From: Aplysia californica
Taxonomy: Eukaryota
Direction: 5' to 3'
Assembly (NCBI RefSeq): GCF_000002075.1
Contig: NW_004797325.1
Span: 800,550 to 864,427, forward strand
Length of the DNA: 63,878 nucleotides
The position numbers and the translations under genes were made by a program. Under the pieces are notes generated by a model that was not told where the DNA came from, searched no databases, and saw nothing but the letters and a program-made list of their open reading frames with translations. Positions 12,201 to 24,200 of the stretch are shown piece by piece; the stretch's first letter is position 1; each line of letters opens with the position of its first letter.

Positions 12201-15200
12201 TCTTTGTCAGTTTCTGAGAGAATAATTTTTAAACTGATAAAATTCTTTCATTCTGCTCTCCGCTTCCCTCCCTCCAGCTCATGACCACTACTATGATGGA
12301 ATGCTCCTCCGGTCTGGTAGCCATGTGCATGGTGCCGAGAGATATCATGGCGGTGGTGGCGTTGTTCTCTCGCGTCGCAGTGAGGGGAACTTAGCGCCAC
12401 TAAGTCAGGCAGCTCTTATATCTGATGAGGAGATGTCAAAGGCATCTATGGCACGTCGTCGCAGCGGGCGCAATACAACTACGGTCACCACCATCACAAC
12501 CACAACTACCACAGAGGAGGAGGAGGAGGCAGAACGTGCCAAGAAGAAGTTGTTGATGGAGGAAGAGGATAGTGAACGTAAACTCAGACTTGATGAATCT
12601 CAAACAGAAAAACTGCAATACCTCAGTGGCCGGGATCAGTACAGGCTGAAACATCTTGACGGTAAACCTATTGTTATTCATGCCTTGACACATTGACTTT
12701 CAGCCTTCGATTCAGTGTCATAAAGGGAAGTTAAAATGATGACCTCTATTTTATTGTTCTTGTTAGTGGTCAAGTGATATGGTGATTTTTGTCCCTTTTT
12801 CCAATGTCTGGTATTTTGTTGTTGTTTTACTTATAGGTCCTGTGGTCGAGTGTTTTTTTTTCTTTCTCTTTGGCCAATGTAATGAGGGATGGGTACAGCT
12901 TCCCTTCAGTTGATGGGTAGTAGGTCAGAGAGTGGTTTTTTTTTTCAGTTTTAATGAGAGTTTCATGGCGCTTGCAACATAATAAAGGCATGTAAGTGCC
13001 TAAGACTAGAGATATTATAAGAGAGTAGCAAAAACAAAAAAGGAGGAGTGATAAGGAGGATAGATGTTTGATAGGAAAGAAGCAAATCACACCAGAGCAG
13101 CCACCAACCACCCATTTCAGAAAGTGTCTGGCAACTGCTGGTAATGAACAGTATGGTGTGAAGCGTATGATGTCAGAACAAAAACTTTAGGGGGAGAGAG
13201 TATAGGTAAACATCTCATTGAATATAGTATGTTGTAGCTTATGTTGTCTAATGTGCAGCATAACATGTTAATCAAACTACCCACCCACCCATTTTAAAAT
13301 CTAAATGTTTGAATGTGTGTGTGTGCTTTCAAAATGAATTTCACGTTAATTGATGGCTTAGACTACATCACCACAGATTTATTTAGTTGTTCCCTCAGAG
13401 CATAATGCCACTACATATGTGAAGCGAGCTGACAAAATGAGTTACTTCTCAGATTCAAGCCTTAAGGAAAAAAATATATCACGCTTTTAGGTTCAGTTTT
13501 TACAGTTTATAAGTGTGAAATAATAAAAGACAGGTTATAGTTAAAGAATATGGCATCAATAGAAAATCGACAAATTTTACCCTAAAGGCGATTTTTTGCC
13601 AATATATCCTCTTGAAGATTCCGAGATATAACTCATTTTGTCTGCACGCCTCACATATGCACTTTGCGTTTGGAGATTAACTGTTTTGGGTTGATTATTT
13701 GGATGCTTTGGGATACATTAGTTCCTGATCAGAGATGTTTGATGTTGATCTTTCTGTTTCTATTTTTGTATTGTAACCAGGTCTGGATTACGACGACGAT
13801 ATTTCAGGTAATTAAACCAAATTTATTGCTTATCATAGTTTTACGTTAGTGTTACAGCCATTCAGTCTGTGTGAGTCTGTTGTCTTACTGTTTAAATTAT
13901 CTGTTGGTTCTATTTTCCCTTATAGTTCTGCATAGCTTCCTTGTTCCATCTGTGAGGGTTCTTAATGTACCAAAGATAAAGTCACTGATGAGCAGGTTGA
14001 GGTTAGAATTGTAAAATTAATGTTCTGTAAATTAATCTTCAGGCCACCGGTTTTTTTTTCTTCTTCAAGATGACCTTAACAGAGTAAGAAAAGTTATAGT
14101 TATTATTTATATATATACATGAATGAATTAACTCAGTTTTTAAAATATGAGTTGTGGAATTTCTGTCCTATAGGATTCAGTGATATGAAACTGTTATTTA
14201 CAAGCTACTTATCTAAATGTTGTCAATTTTGCATTCTGACATCTGTGGTGTACTGGTTAGGCTCTTGCTTTCAAGAAATGTTGTTTGATTCCCAAGTAGG
14301 GAGGGTATTTTCATTAGTATCAATTTTTCTAAGATGTATCGTACACAGTTCGTGCTATCGTCACAGTCATGGTAAAAGCTATCCAGCTCTAAGAGGGTTC
14401 AATTGTGTTTGTGCGATTCACATATTTACACCAAAAAACCCCCCAAACAATTTCTGTGGGTGGTTGGCGGATGCTCTGGTGTGGTTTGCTCCCGCTTTCA
14501 TATCGAACATCTATCGTCGTTATCTCTCCTCCTTCTTTTTTGTTTTTGTTACTCTCTTGTAACATCTCTAATCTTTGGCACTTATATGACTTTATTGTGT
14601 TGCAAGTGCCGTAAAACTGTTACGAAAACTAAAGCCAATTTCTTTTGGAACTTCAGATGTTGACGGACATGACGTCCTGGATTCCCACTTCTCCACACAA
14701 CACACCACAGACTATATCAGCACAAAGAGGAAGAGGTGGTCTGTGTTCACTTTCTTCACCACCATCATCACCACCATTGTCACAACTGTCACTACCACTA
14801 TCTCAGGTGAGTTGAAAAGAGATTGTCCCTGTTCACCTTTTTCACCATCACTGTTTCCACAATCACTACTACCACTTCAAGAAGACAGGTGTCCGTGGTG
14901 TAGTGGTTAAACACTTCCCTGTTGCATGCAGGAGACCTGCGTTTGATTAGAATATGTTACAGAATATCTTGGTCTGTTGAGATGCATTTCTCTCAGCACA
15001 GTTGGCCCTGACAGGCAGGGTCACAGGCCTGCCTCCAAAATGATCTTCATTGTGTCAAAAGGGTCCTAAAAACACCTACCTAAAAAGAAATATGTTTTTT
15101 AGAAACGTCAAGAAGTGACCACCATTGTCACCAAAGTCACAACCATTATCTCAGGTGAGATGAGAAAAGATTGCCTTTGCTCACCTTATTTATCAGCATG

Positions 15201-18200
15201 GTCAAAACAGTCCCTACCAAAGTGGCTGGGAAGTGCATACAATATGTGCACATTTTCTTTTGTCATAGTAAGTCACAGATGATGAATTGTCTGGGAAATC
15301 ATATACTCATGGAGTAAATTCCAAATTTGTTCAAGCCTAAGGCCTGGAAACTGAATGATGCTTAAAAAATCTGATAATGCCTAAAAATAAAGTGCAGTCA
15401 AGACAATTTGTAGTCGTGTCCTTAACGGTAATAGACATTTATTTTTATATTATTGTGCCTTTTTCACCAATCGTATAATCTTTCATGGTGCTACTGACTG
15501 AAGTGTCTTTATGCCATTCCCAAAGGGGGGACACTAACATGTTTTTATGTACAGTAGAATTGTGAATGGGCTGATTCATCAATGTCATGCTCATAATTGT
15601 GCCTGAACTGAAAGAGGGAACTGCTCCTTTTTGTTTCCTAATCCTAACTATCGTCATTTTTCCTTTACTTCTGTATGTTTGTCACACTCTTGTGACCCGC
15701 TATTTCCGGGATGCCTTAATAGTCAAAGCTGACTTTGTGCTGTTGAAGCTAGAGAGGTGAGCAGAGTAAGCCTGATTCCCTGTATGGATTTCTTTGTTGA
15801 CATCCACTCGTTGGCGCTCATATGACCTTATGCAGTTGCGAGCGCCGTAAAAGCTCTACTAAAACTAATACACTTTTGCCTGGTATGACATGCTGAGAAA
15901 TGAACGGAACAATTCACTTTTATTCACACCTGGCTACATGATTGCTGAACGTGTCCTTGGTATAAACAAACAGATTCGTTTTATAACCATTTGGTCACAT
16001 ACTTAATATCAATAGCTTTGCATCAAAGGAGATGTGTGATAGTATATTGGTAAATATCCCCACGCTTCACTCGGGAAACCATGGTTCAATTCCCTGCACA
16101 GAAGGGTTTTTTTTCCCCCCTTGATATTGAGAGGGATTATTGAGACAGGAGAAACAGAGACACGGAGGCTGATTGAAAAGGGTGGATCAGAAAGAGCGGG
16201 AGAAAGAGAAACTGTTTTAAAGATGTAATACAATAAAGACCAAAACAAATCATTTTATACAGTCTACAATCTCTTCAGTATCAATCAAATGTTCTGTTTG
16301 TAGAAAGGGGATTGAACTAGTATATTTAATACACAATGTGTTCTAAATGACAAATGAGGCCATCTTTTGGAATCACATACTCCATTGTGTTTATTCTTAG
16401 ACTCTGGAAGCTTATCTATTTAACCATCTGCATAATATTCTGACAGTGCATCTATCCTGTGCCATCTCCTCTAGTGGTTAGAGGGCACCATTGATGGGTA
16501 ATACTTCTTTACTTTCTCTCTGTTGTTCCTGTCTGTCACTATTTTTCTTTCCCTGCACTAAGTGACTGTTATTGAGTCATTATGCTTTTTTACTCTAGAA
16601 CTCAAACCACCACCTCTGATCCTTGTCCTCAGAAAACAGCAGCAACGTGGTCAAGTCTGTTGCATCAGCCGTGGCGGCCCCAGTTGTGATCCCTGCACGG
16701 TGGACACTGCATGCCCTCGCGTCCTCATGCTCGTGGTTGGTGAAGAAGTCGGCAGCTCTCCTTCTTCTGGACATAGAGATGAAACAAAGGTAGTGTTTAT
16801 TTACCTTATGTGAATGTTGCGGGCTGTAAGGTTGATAAGAAGTTTTGTTGTTCTGCTAAATGGATGTATGTGTGCAATAACTGTAAAAATTGCTGTGGCC
16901 AGTTGAAAAAAAATGTTGACTGGCATCAGTTTGAAGAAGTCTTTCTTTATGAAGTTCCTGATGCAACAGAAGAACTCATCTCTTCTCTGATATTAGTAAC
17001 ACTGCATGTGTGTTTGTCTCTTTTTTTACTTATTGGAGAAACTGTGCAAGGAATCGTGTGAGTTGAGCATATGAGCACCATCATTTGTGCAGAGTGTGGA
17101 AAGAAGTTTTTAACTATTGTTCTGCATCTGTGCTGAGATGCGATTCTTATCAGCAACCGTTTACGTTGGACATTCCGGGCAGGCCGCCGGGGTCACTCAG
17201 CGTGTACTGTTGGTGTACAGCGATTGTGCCTGGAAATGTGTGTTTTCGCCATGAATTCCATTTTAGTGTGTTAATTGATGATGAAAATAACCCTCTGTCT
17301 TTTATAGGTTTCTATTTATAAAGTGTTACGAACTCATGAATAACCCCCTATCATAAGCTGATAAGACATTATGAGTAGTTACGCCCATTCGAAAAACCTT
17401 TTTAGACACTCTTGTTGTTATGAATGAGCTGGGGTTCGAAAGGGGATAATATAGGTCAATTCCCGAATGTTTTACACTCAAATTATTCTTTTTACCTGCA
17501 CCATGATATTCAAAATTATCAAACAAGCTTATTTTTTTATCAGGTAGTATCATTTCATACAAAATCAAGCTCATTTGAAAGATTTTGTATAGAAAAATGG
17601 AATTCTTGTTTCCTGACTATCCTTTCGAGCTCCTCGTGTCTAAGTGGGTCAATTTGGTCTTTAATTTTATTGGATGAACATCGAGAGCTACCAACTTGGC
17701 GTGTTTTGAATGAGACGTATGCCTCGGTTACGAACCAACGCAAGCGGTTCTAGAAGAAGGCCACAAACACACACAAACTCAAGCAGACTGACGCGCACAC
17801 TCTTGACCTGCGTGAATGCAGATCCGACGCGGGACCCGAATTGAACGGGAGATGATGCACGGCAGGCATGCGCTGAACAGGGGCCAGACTGACGCGGGAC
17901 CGGAATGAAGATGAAGTGTTGAAATAGACTTATCGGGCGACATAAACCCGGCTCCCACAGGATGAGGGTTGATAAAATTGATAATGGTCTTTGGTAGCCT
18001 CTGCTTGAAGATGCTCCCAGTGTCGTCTCAGCTTTGTTTCTCAGCGTCTCTATGTGGTACATGGTCATGGATGTTTTCCTGCATTTCTCTTCATTTCCAG
18101 CAGGTGATTAGTGAGTACTCTGGTGTGGGTGCTATTTCTGCTTTATTTCAGACATCACCCATTATACAGTAAAGATGAGGCTCATTGACATTGCATGTAG

Positions 18201-21200
18201 AAGACAGGAGCTGGATTCCTCATGGGGAAGTTTGCTTTTTCTACTGGGATGCTGTATCTTATTGCCTGGATTGGCTCTAAAAGGCAGGATCAAAACAGCG
18301 TGCCTCTTAAATGATCTAAATCATGTTGATGGAGGCTTTATGTGTGTACAATGATGAATCATGCTTTATTTCAAAGTTTAAATTGTCATGTTGTCTTAAT
18401 GCATTCTTGACAAAATGTAACTTTTATTTTTATCACTCTTCATAGCTGCCCTTCAGCAGCATCCGGGTCATCTCGTGTCCACCCAGTGCACCACCTTTAT
18501 TCACTGTATATATGCGTGTGTGTTCTGTCCACAGGAGAAGACGTGGCTGCTGCTGTTGTCTTCTGCCGTTTTTGCTGCTGTTGCCACTCTTGTTGCTGGG
18601 AGGTAAGATGGAATGCAGTGGAGTGGGTATATCAGTCATTTTGTAGGGGTTGTTGAAAGGAAGAACAAGAAAAGTTTTTCTTTATTTTGATCTCCATATC
18701 GACTGCAAAGTGTAATACAGGGTGCCCATTGAGGGATCGTGTCGGAATGGGGCAGTTTGCTAGCGTTTGTTTTCAGGCAACGAGCAGGGCGATCGACCCG
18801 CCCGACCCCATCTGCAATGGGCACCCAGTATAAGACTCTGTCATGCATCACTTTTCAAAGTGGCGAATGACAGAGTTTTACATTGAGCAGTCAATATGAA
18901 GGTTTGTACTTTTCAAGTTTTGGAGAACCAATTTATACAAAAAGTCCAAGTTTTGTTTAATGTATGTTATGAAAATAAAATGTTTACTGCTGTCATAATT
19001 ATTTAAGCATAGAAAAGTGTTAGTATATGGAAATTTAAGAAACTGTGCTTAGTATATCTTTTACAGAAGTATTTAAATATATTTTTTGCCCTTTTTTGAC
19101 AGCAGTGAAACAGATGCAGAGATAGAGTAAAAAGATTATGATCGATCATGTTGTCCTTTCTTCCCTTAGGTTATTATGGCAAAACCATGCAGCAAGATGC
19201 CACTGTGTACTGGTCCCGATCTCGCACGGTGTTTGCCGAGTCCTGGAACTCTCTGTGGATAACCTCAAAGTCCGAGAACATCCCTGTCTACCAGGTGAGA
19301 TAGGAAGCGGGTTGGATTATGGGGGGGTGGGATGGTTGTGTGTGTGTTAATATGTATGTGGGTTGGGTTTTTTTGGTGTTTGATTGTATTAAGTTGTTCA
19401 AATACAACTTATGCTCGTTGTAATTATAAAAATCCAATAATGCTTATAAATGTGGCTTTCCATTGATCTTTTATTCTGTGCTGGTCAGTTATTGGTTCAT
19501 TCATATGACAGGCTAACAGTAACGACAGTGAATGGACTCTGGCGGCCCGTCCACAGTGTCAAGGGCAAATATATAATTTATGGCAACACATTTGGTTAAT
19601 GAGAGATTTGTGTGGCCATCTTGGACAGGTTTGAAAAAACTTTTTGATTTTATAATAGAGTGGCTGCGGTCATGTTGGACAGGTTATCATTTTTTACAGT
19701 GCCATTATATATATATATATAGATAAAAATACAAGGGGAGAAATGGAAAGTAGCTGTTTGCACAGGTGGTTGTTTTACACAGGTGGCAGTCTGAGAAGGT
19801 TAAACTATATTTTAGTTCGATAAAATATAGCCTTATTGGAGTGATTTAGAATGTCATTTTTGGTTTGCGTTACCCACAATCCAACTCAAAACTATGGTAA
19901 AGTTGAAACATTAATGCAATTTTAGCAGCTACATAAAGTAAGTCATATATATTGTTGGTATAATCCAGCACATGACCACTTCTTGTTAGCCTCTTTAACG
20001 CCAGATGACCACTTCTTGTCTTTCATGTTGGCACTGAGTTGAGTATGAAAAGTCATGCAAAATGTCTTTAAAATGAGTTTTAAATTCCACTTCCTTTTTG
20101 CATACTTGTGTTTCCTTTTTGATGAAGATGTCTTTCGAGTACCGTATCTGTTATATTCCATGATTGGATATATTGCTCTCCATGGATAATATTTCTGCTG
20201 TTCTTCTTTTTTCGTTCAAGATTAAAACGAACCAAGCGTCTGTCTTCAACTAGGCCTAAGTAAACATATATACAGGAGAGAAATATTCTGATCTGAAAAC
20301 ATAATAATTATAATAATGAAAATTTATATTGCTCCTAATCCCTAGAAGGCTCTAAGCTTTGTACAATGCTGAATTATCACTCATGTCTGTGTGTGTGGAC
20401 AGCCCCCGGCTCCAGTCCCTGTGGCGGTCACCGAGCCCCCAGCTCCTCCTCCCGAGCCTGTGGTTGTGGCCCCTCAGGTGGACATGGATGCTCTGTACCA
20501 GTACATTCAGAACACAGTGGTCCACGTGACCTCCGCCAACAAGGATGATCGACCAGTCGGTCTGACGGAGGACCAAGTACGAGCCATTGTTCTGGCGATG
20601 CTCCGACCTGAAGTTGATGGTGTCAAAGACGGGGTTGGTGAAAATCTGGCATCTTTGCAGGTAAGTTAGAGCATTTCTTTCGTAAATCTAAATTCTTTTT
20701 TCTGTTGTGTTATTGGTTTTGCATTTCACCTTGCTTCACCTCGTAAATGATTTAAATTCTATGAAAAGAGTTAAAGGTGTTTGTAACACTTCGAAGTGTT
20801 TGTCCATAAAAAGATAGACATCTCAGGTAAAAACACCTAGGAAATTGAGCTGTTTTTAGGGGCAAAGCAGAGGATTAAAATTGACTTGGAGTGCTTTTCA
20901 AATTTTGTTCTTCTTGCTATCTGGTGAATAAGATACATAGAAGTCATATAACACATTAACAGGGTGGGGAATTACTATTAATGTTTGTGCATATGATCAG
21001 GTCTTATAGATGCTTATACAACAATCCCTCCTCCCCCCCCCCCCCCCATGGTAAATAATAGTTTTTCAGTACACCTAAGGTGCATTATGATGAGTTTGGA
21101 AATTAATAATTATAGCGCTCAAGTAAAGGGCAGGTAGAAATTACCTTAAGAAAATTAAGCAATGTATTTGTGAAAAAGATAATAAAAAAGCTGAATATAA

Positions 21201-24200
21201 CACAAGAGAAAATGATGATGCATTCCCAGGGACTGCTGCGTGAGGATATTTCTAAGCTGGAGGCGAAACTCTCAGCTGTTCAACAAGAGATTCAAGTGAC
21301 CTCAGAAGCACATCAGGTATATTTTTCTCTAATCATCATCATAATCATCCTTCATCTCCCCTTTTTATGCCCTCATCATTGTGATCATGTCTATTTTGGA
21401 GATTTATATATTATATATTGTATTTAAGGCATGTTACGTGTATTTAAAACATCACCGTCATTGACGTCAACATCTTTTTCATCTTTAGCGAGAGGTTCAG
21501 CCATTTACTATGATTCTTTTCAGGCCATGACTGACAACTTTGATCAGACAAGGATGTCATTTGAAGGGTGAGTGGATGGTTAGCGAGTGCTCTGGTGTGG
21601 CTTATTCTATCTTTCCTATCAAACATCTGTCATCCTGATCCCTCCTTCTTTTATTTGTATGTTCCTGTCTAGTAACATCTCTAATCTTTTGCCCTTATTT
21701 AACCTACTTGTGTTGCAAGTGCCCTAAAACTCTGACTGAAAATACTAAAACTTGATGGGTGAGTGGGCTGGCTGTGCTCGATCTCTTGTAGGCTAGGATC
21801 AGGGTTCACTAGCTGTGTGGTTTGTAATGATGCCTGAAGTGTTTACGGTTTACTTGTGATATTAAATTCTTTTACTCTCACAAAGCTTCCTTAACCCTTT
21901 TGTGCACAGAAGGCACACCTCAGTCTGTCTCCTGTAACATTATTTTAGGAGATGTTCAGATGAGGTCAGGTGCATTGGACGTTTAGGCTCATGGGTGCAG
22001 GGATCAAAGGTTAATATTAATTGTTGCTCTTTAATCGCTGGGTAGTGCTGATAACATTAAAATTAAAAGTGGAATGAAGACTTGGTTAATTTATAACTTC
22101 AGATACAAATATTTGTTGGATAGGCCTTCTGTTAGTGTAAAAAGTTCATTGTGTTCTTGATCCTTGAAGTGAGTTGTTTGTATCGTCTTTTGTACAGCTG
22201 TCAGTATAGAAATGCTCTGACAGTCCTGGCAAAATGTGCTTATTATCCTGCTGATTGTCTGAATACTTGTCAGTAAATTGTCGCCGAAATTCTATTTTGT
22301 CCAAAGTATACTAGACTATTGAGCACACTTTGGACAAAATAGTTTTGAGGCGAGGAAATGTTAGTATTGTTTTAATGTGGACTTTTTCCCCTCCTCCACC
22401 GGGCGGCTCTCTCAGCTCCGTGGAGGATCAGAGGACTCAGTGGCAGGCCTCCGTGGCAGCTCTTGAGGGAAAACTGGCAAGTCTTCAGGGCCAGATGGAT
22501 GGGCTGACCTCTCAGAACGCAGCCTTGTCGGCCATGTTGGGCAAGTGCTGTCAGAACAACAGTGTAGTGACCACGGACTCTGTCAGGGCACATGTTCTGG
22601 CTGTCATGTCTCAGGTGAGTGGTAGACTCGGCTAATTGTGCTTTCATTGTACAGTTTTATTATTAATTCTGGTGGTGCCGACCTTTTGATCATTGTTTAA
22701 AAGAAGCCACACTCTCTTCATCCCTAAAATATAAAAGAAGCAGGCGTTCAATATTCTTAAAAAATAGTGGTGCTGGATTCCCTTGAATTTGAATAAACAT
22801 TTATGAAATTGTAATTTTCGATCACTACGCTGTATGTATGTATCATTATAGAATACCCCAGAATTGAACTATTGCTTTTCAATTCCACTTTTAAAAATGT
22901 GAGCATCTGCTCTTCAGATTTTAGTTCAAAGCTGCACGGATAAATGCAAGTCAAGTATTTGTCTGTGACACAGCGTATGGGGGGGGGGGGGGGGGGGTCT
23001 ATGGTCATTGAACAGCACACAATAAATCTAACTCAAAAACAGGGAGTTGCATGGTGGCCACCAACAAATTGTCTGGATTGTCTAGATTTATGGTATTGTG
23101 TATTATTCATGCATTTGTGTATTTACGTATACCAATGTAAAACAAATTCCCAAGGGGATCAAATATGTCAGATTGCTTAAATTTCTATTTTTGTTTGGTA
23201 AATATATTCCAAAGAAGTGACAGCTAGACTGGTCAATTAGTTGTGACTGAAGTTGGTGGTCGAAAGCAAAATATGATGGTCTAAGCCCTAAGCTCTAGGT
23301 TGTCATGAACAGCTCGTTGATATGTTGAATATTGTTAATTTCATGACTTTTTCTGTGGAAAATTGTTATTGATCTCCTGGTATTATAAGTCAAAAGAAGT
23401 TCCTCCTTTTCTTTGTGGTAGTGAGAGGGTGCTTCAGGTAGGTTCTCTTTTTTTACAACAGCTCATTTTCTTTTGTCCATCTGTTTTTCTTGTTCTTAGC
23501 ACTGAATGATAGTCAAGATAAGCACTTTTTAAAAACTTGAAATATACTTCCTTTTTTATTCTTGCACTCTGATTCTAAAACTAACATTAATAATTTTTCT
23601 ATACTAGATGGGCTCGGACGATGAGGACAGACAACATCTTGCAGGTCTCATGTCTTGGCTGAACGGTCAATATGTGGAGAAATCTGAACTTGACCACAGA
23701 CTGTCGGCTGTCTCAGCCGAAATAATGGAGAGCCTGCGAGTTCTTTTGGCTGACCGAGGGGAACATCAGGCTTCTGAAGTGGTGGGTAGGGNNNNNNNNN
23801 NNNNNNNNNNNNNNNNNNNNNNNNNNNNNNNNNNNNNNNNNNNNNNNNNNNNNNNNNNNNNNNNNNNNNNNNNNNNNNNNNNNNNNNNNNNNNNNNNNNN
23901 NNNNNNNNNNNNNNNNNNNNNNNNNNNNNNNNNNNNNNNNNNNNNNNNNNNNNNTGTAGTGTTATGTTATATTATACCTATCGCATTATTCTACAGAAGG
24001 TCTCGAAACAGTTTAAAATAAGACATAGTTTAATATTATATAAGAGTATGTCATGTTGTTTTGATATGGGAATATCTAATATTATGAACAATAGAACTTC
24101 TATTAATTAGAGCAGGAAGTATAATTCCTGAAATATAATGTACCAGAAGAGATATGTTATTACAATCAACTCCATTAGTTTGTCCTTAGCCTTTCAGGCG

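Noticed and set aside
14889-14950. tRNA gene
   Set aside because: Degenerate B box and no acceptor stem; continues into a SINE body with a TSD. The same applies to the heads at 28654 and 34549.
16562-16813. Cys-rich ORF using the acceptor at 16598
   Set aside because: The acceptor at 16632 gives the SUN-like frame that is phase-compatible with the TM exon.
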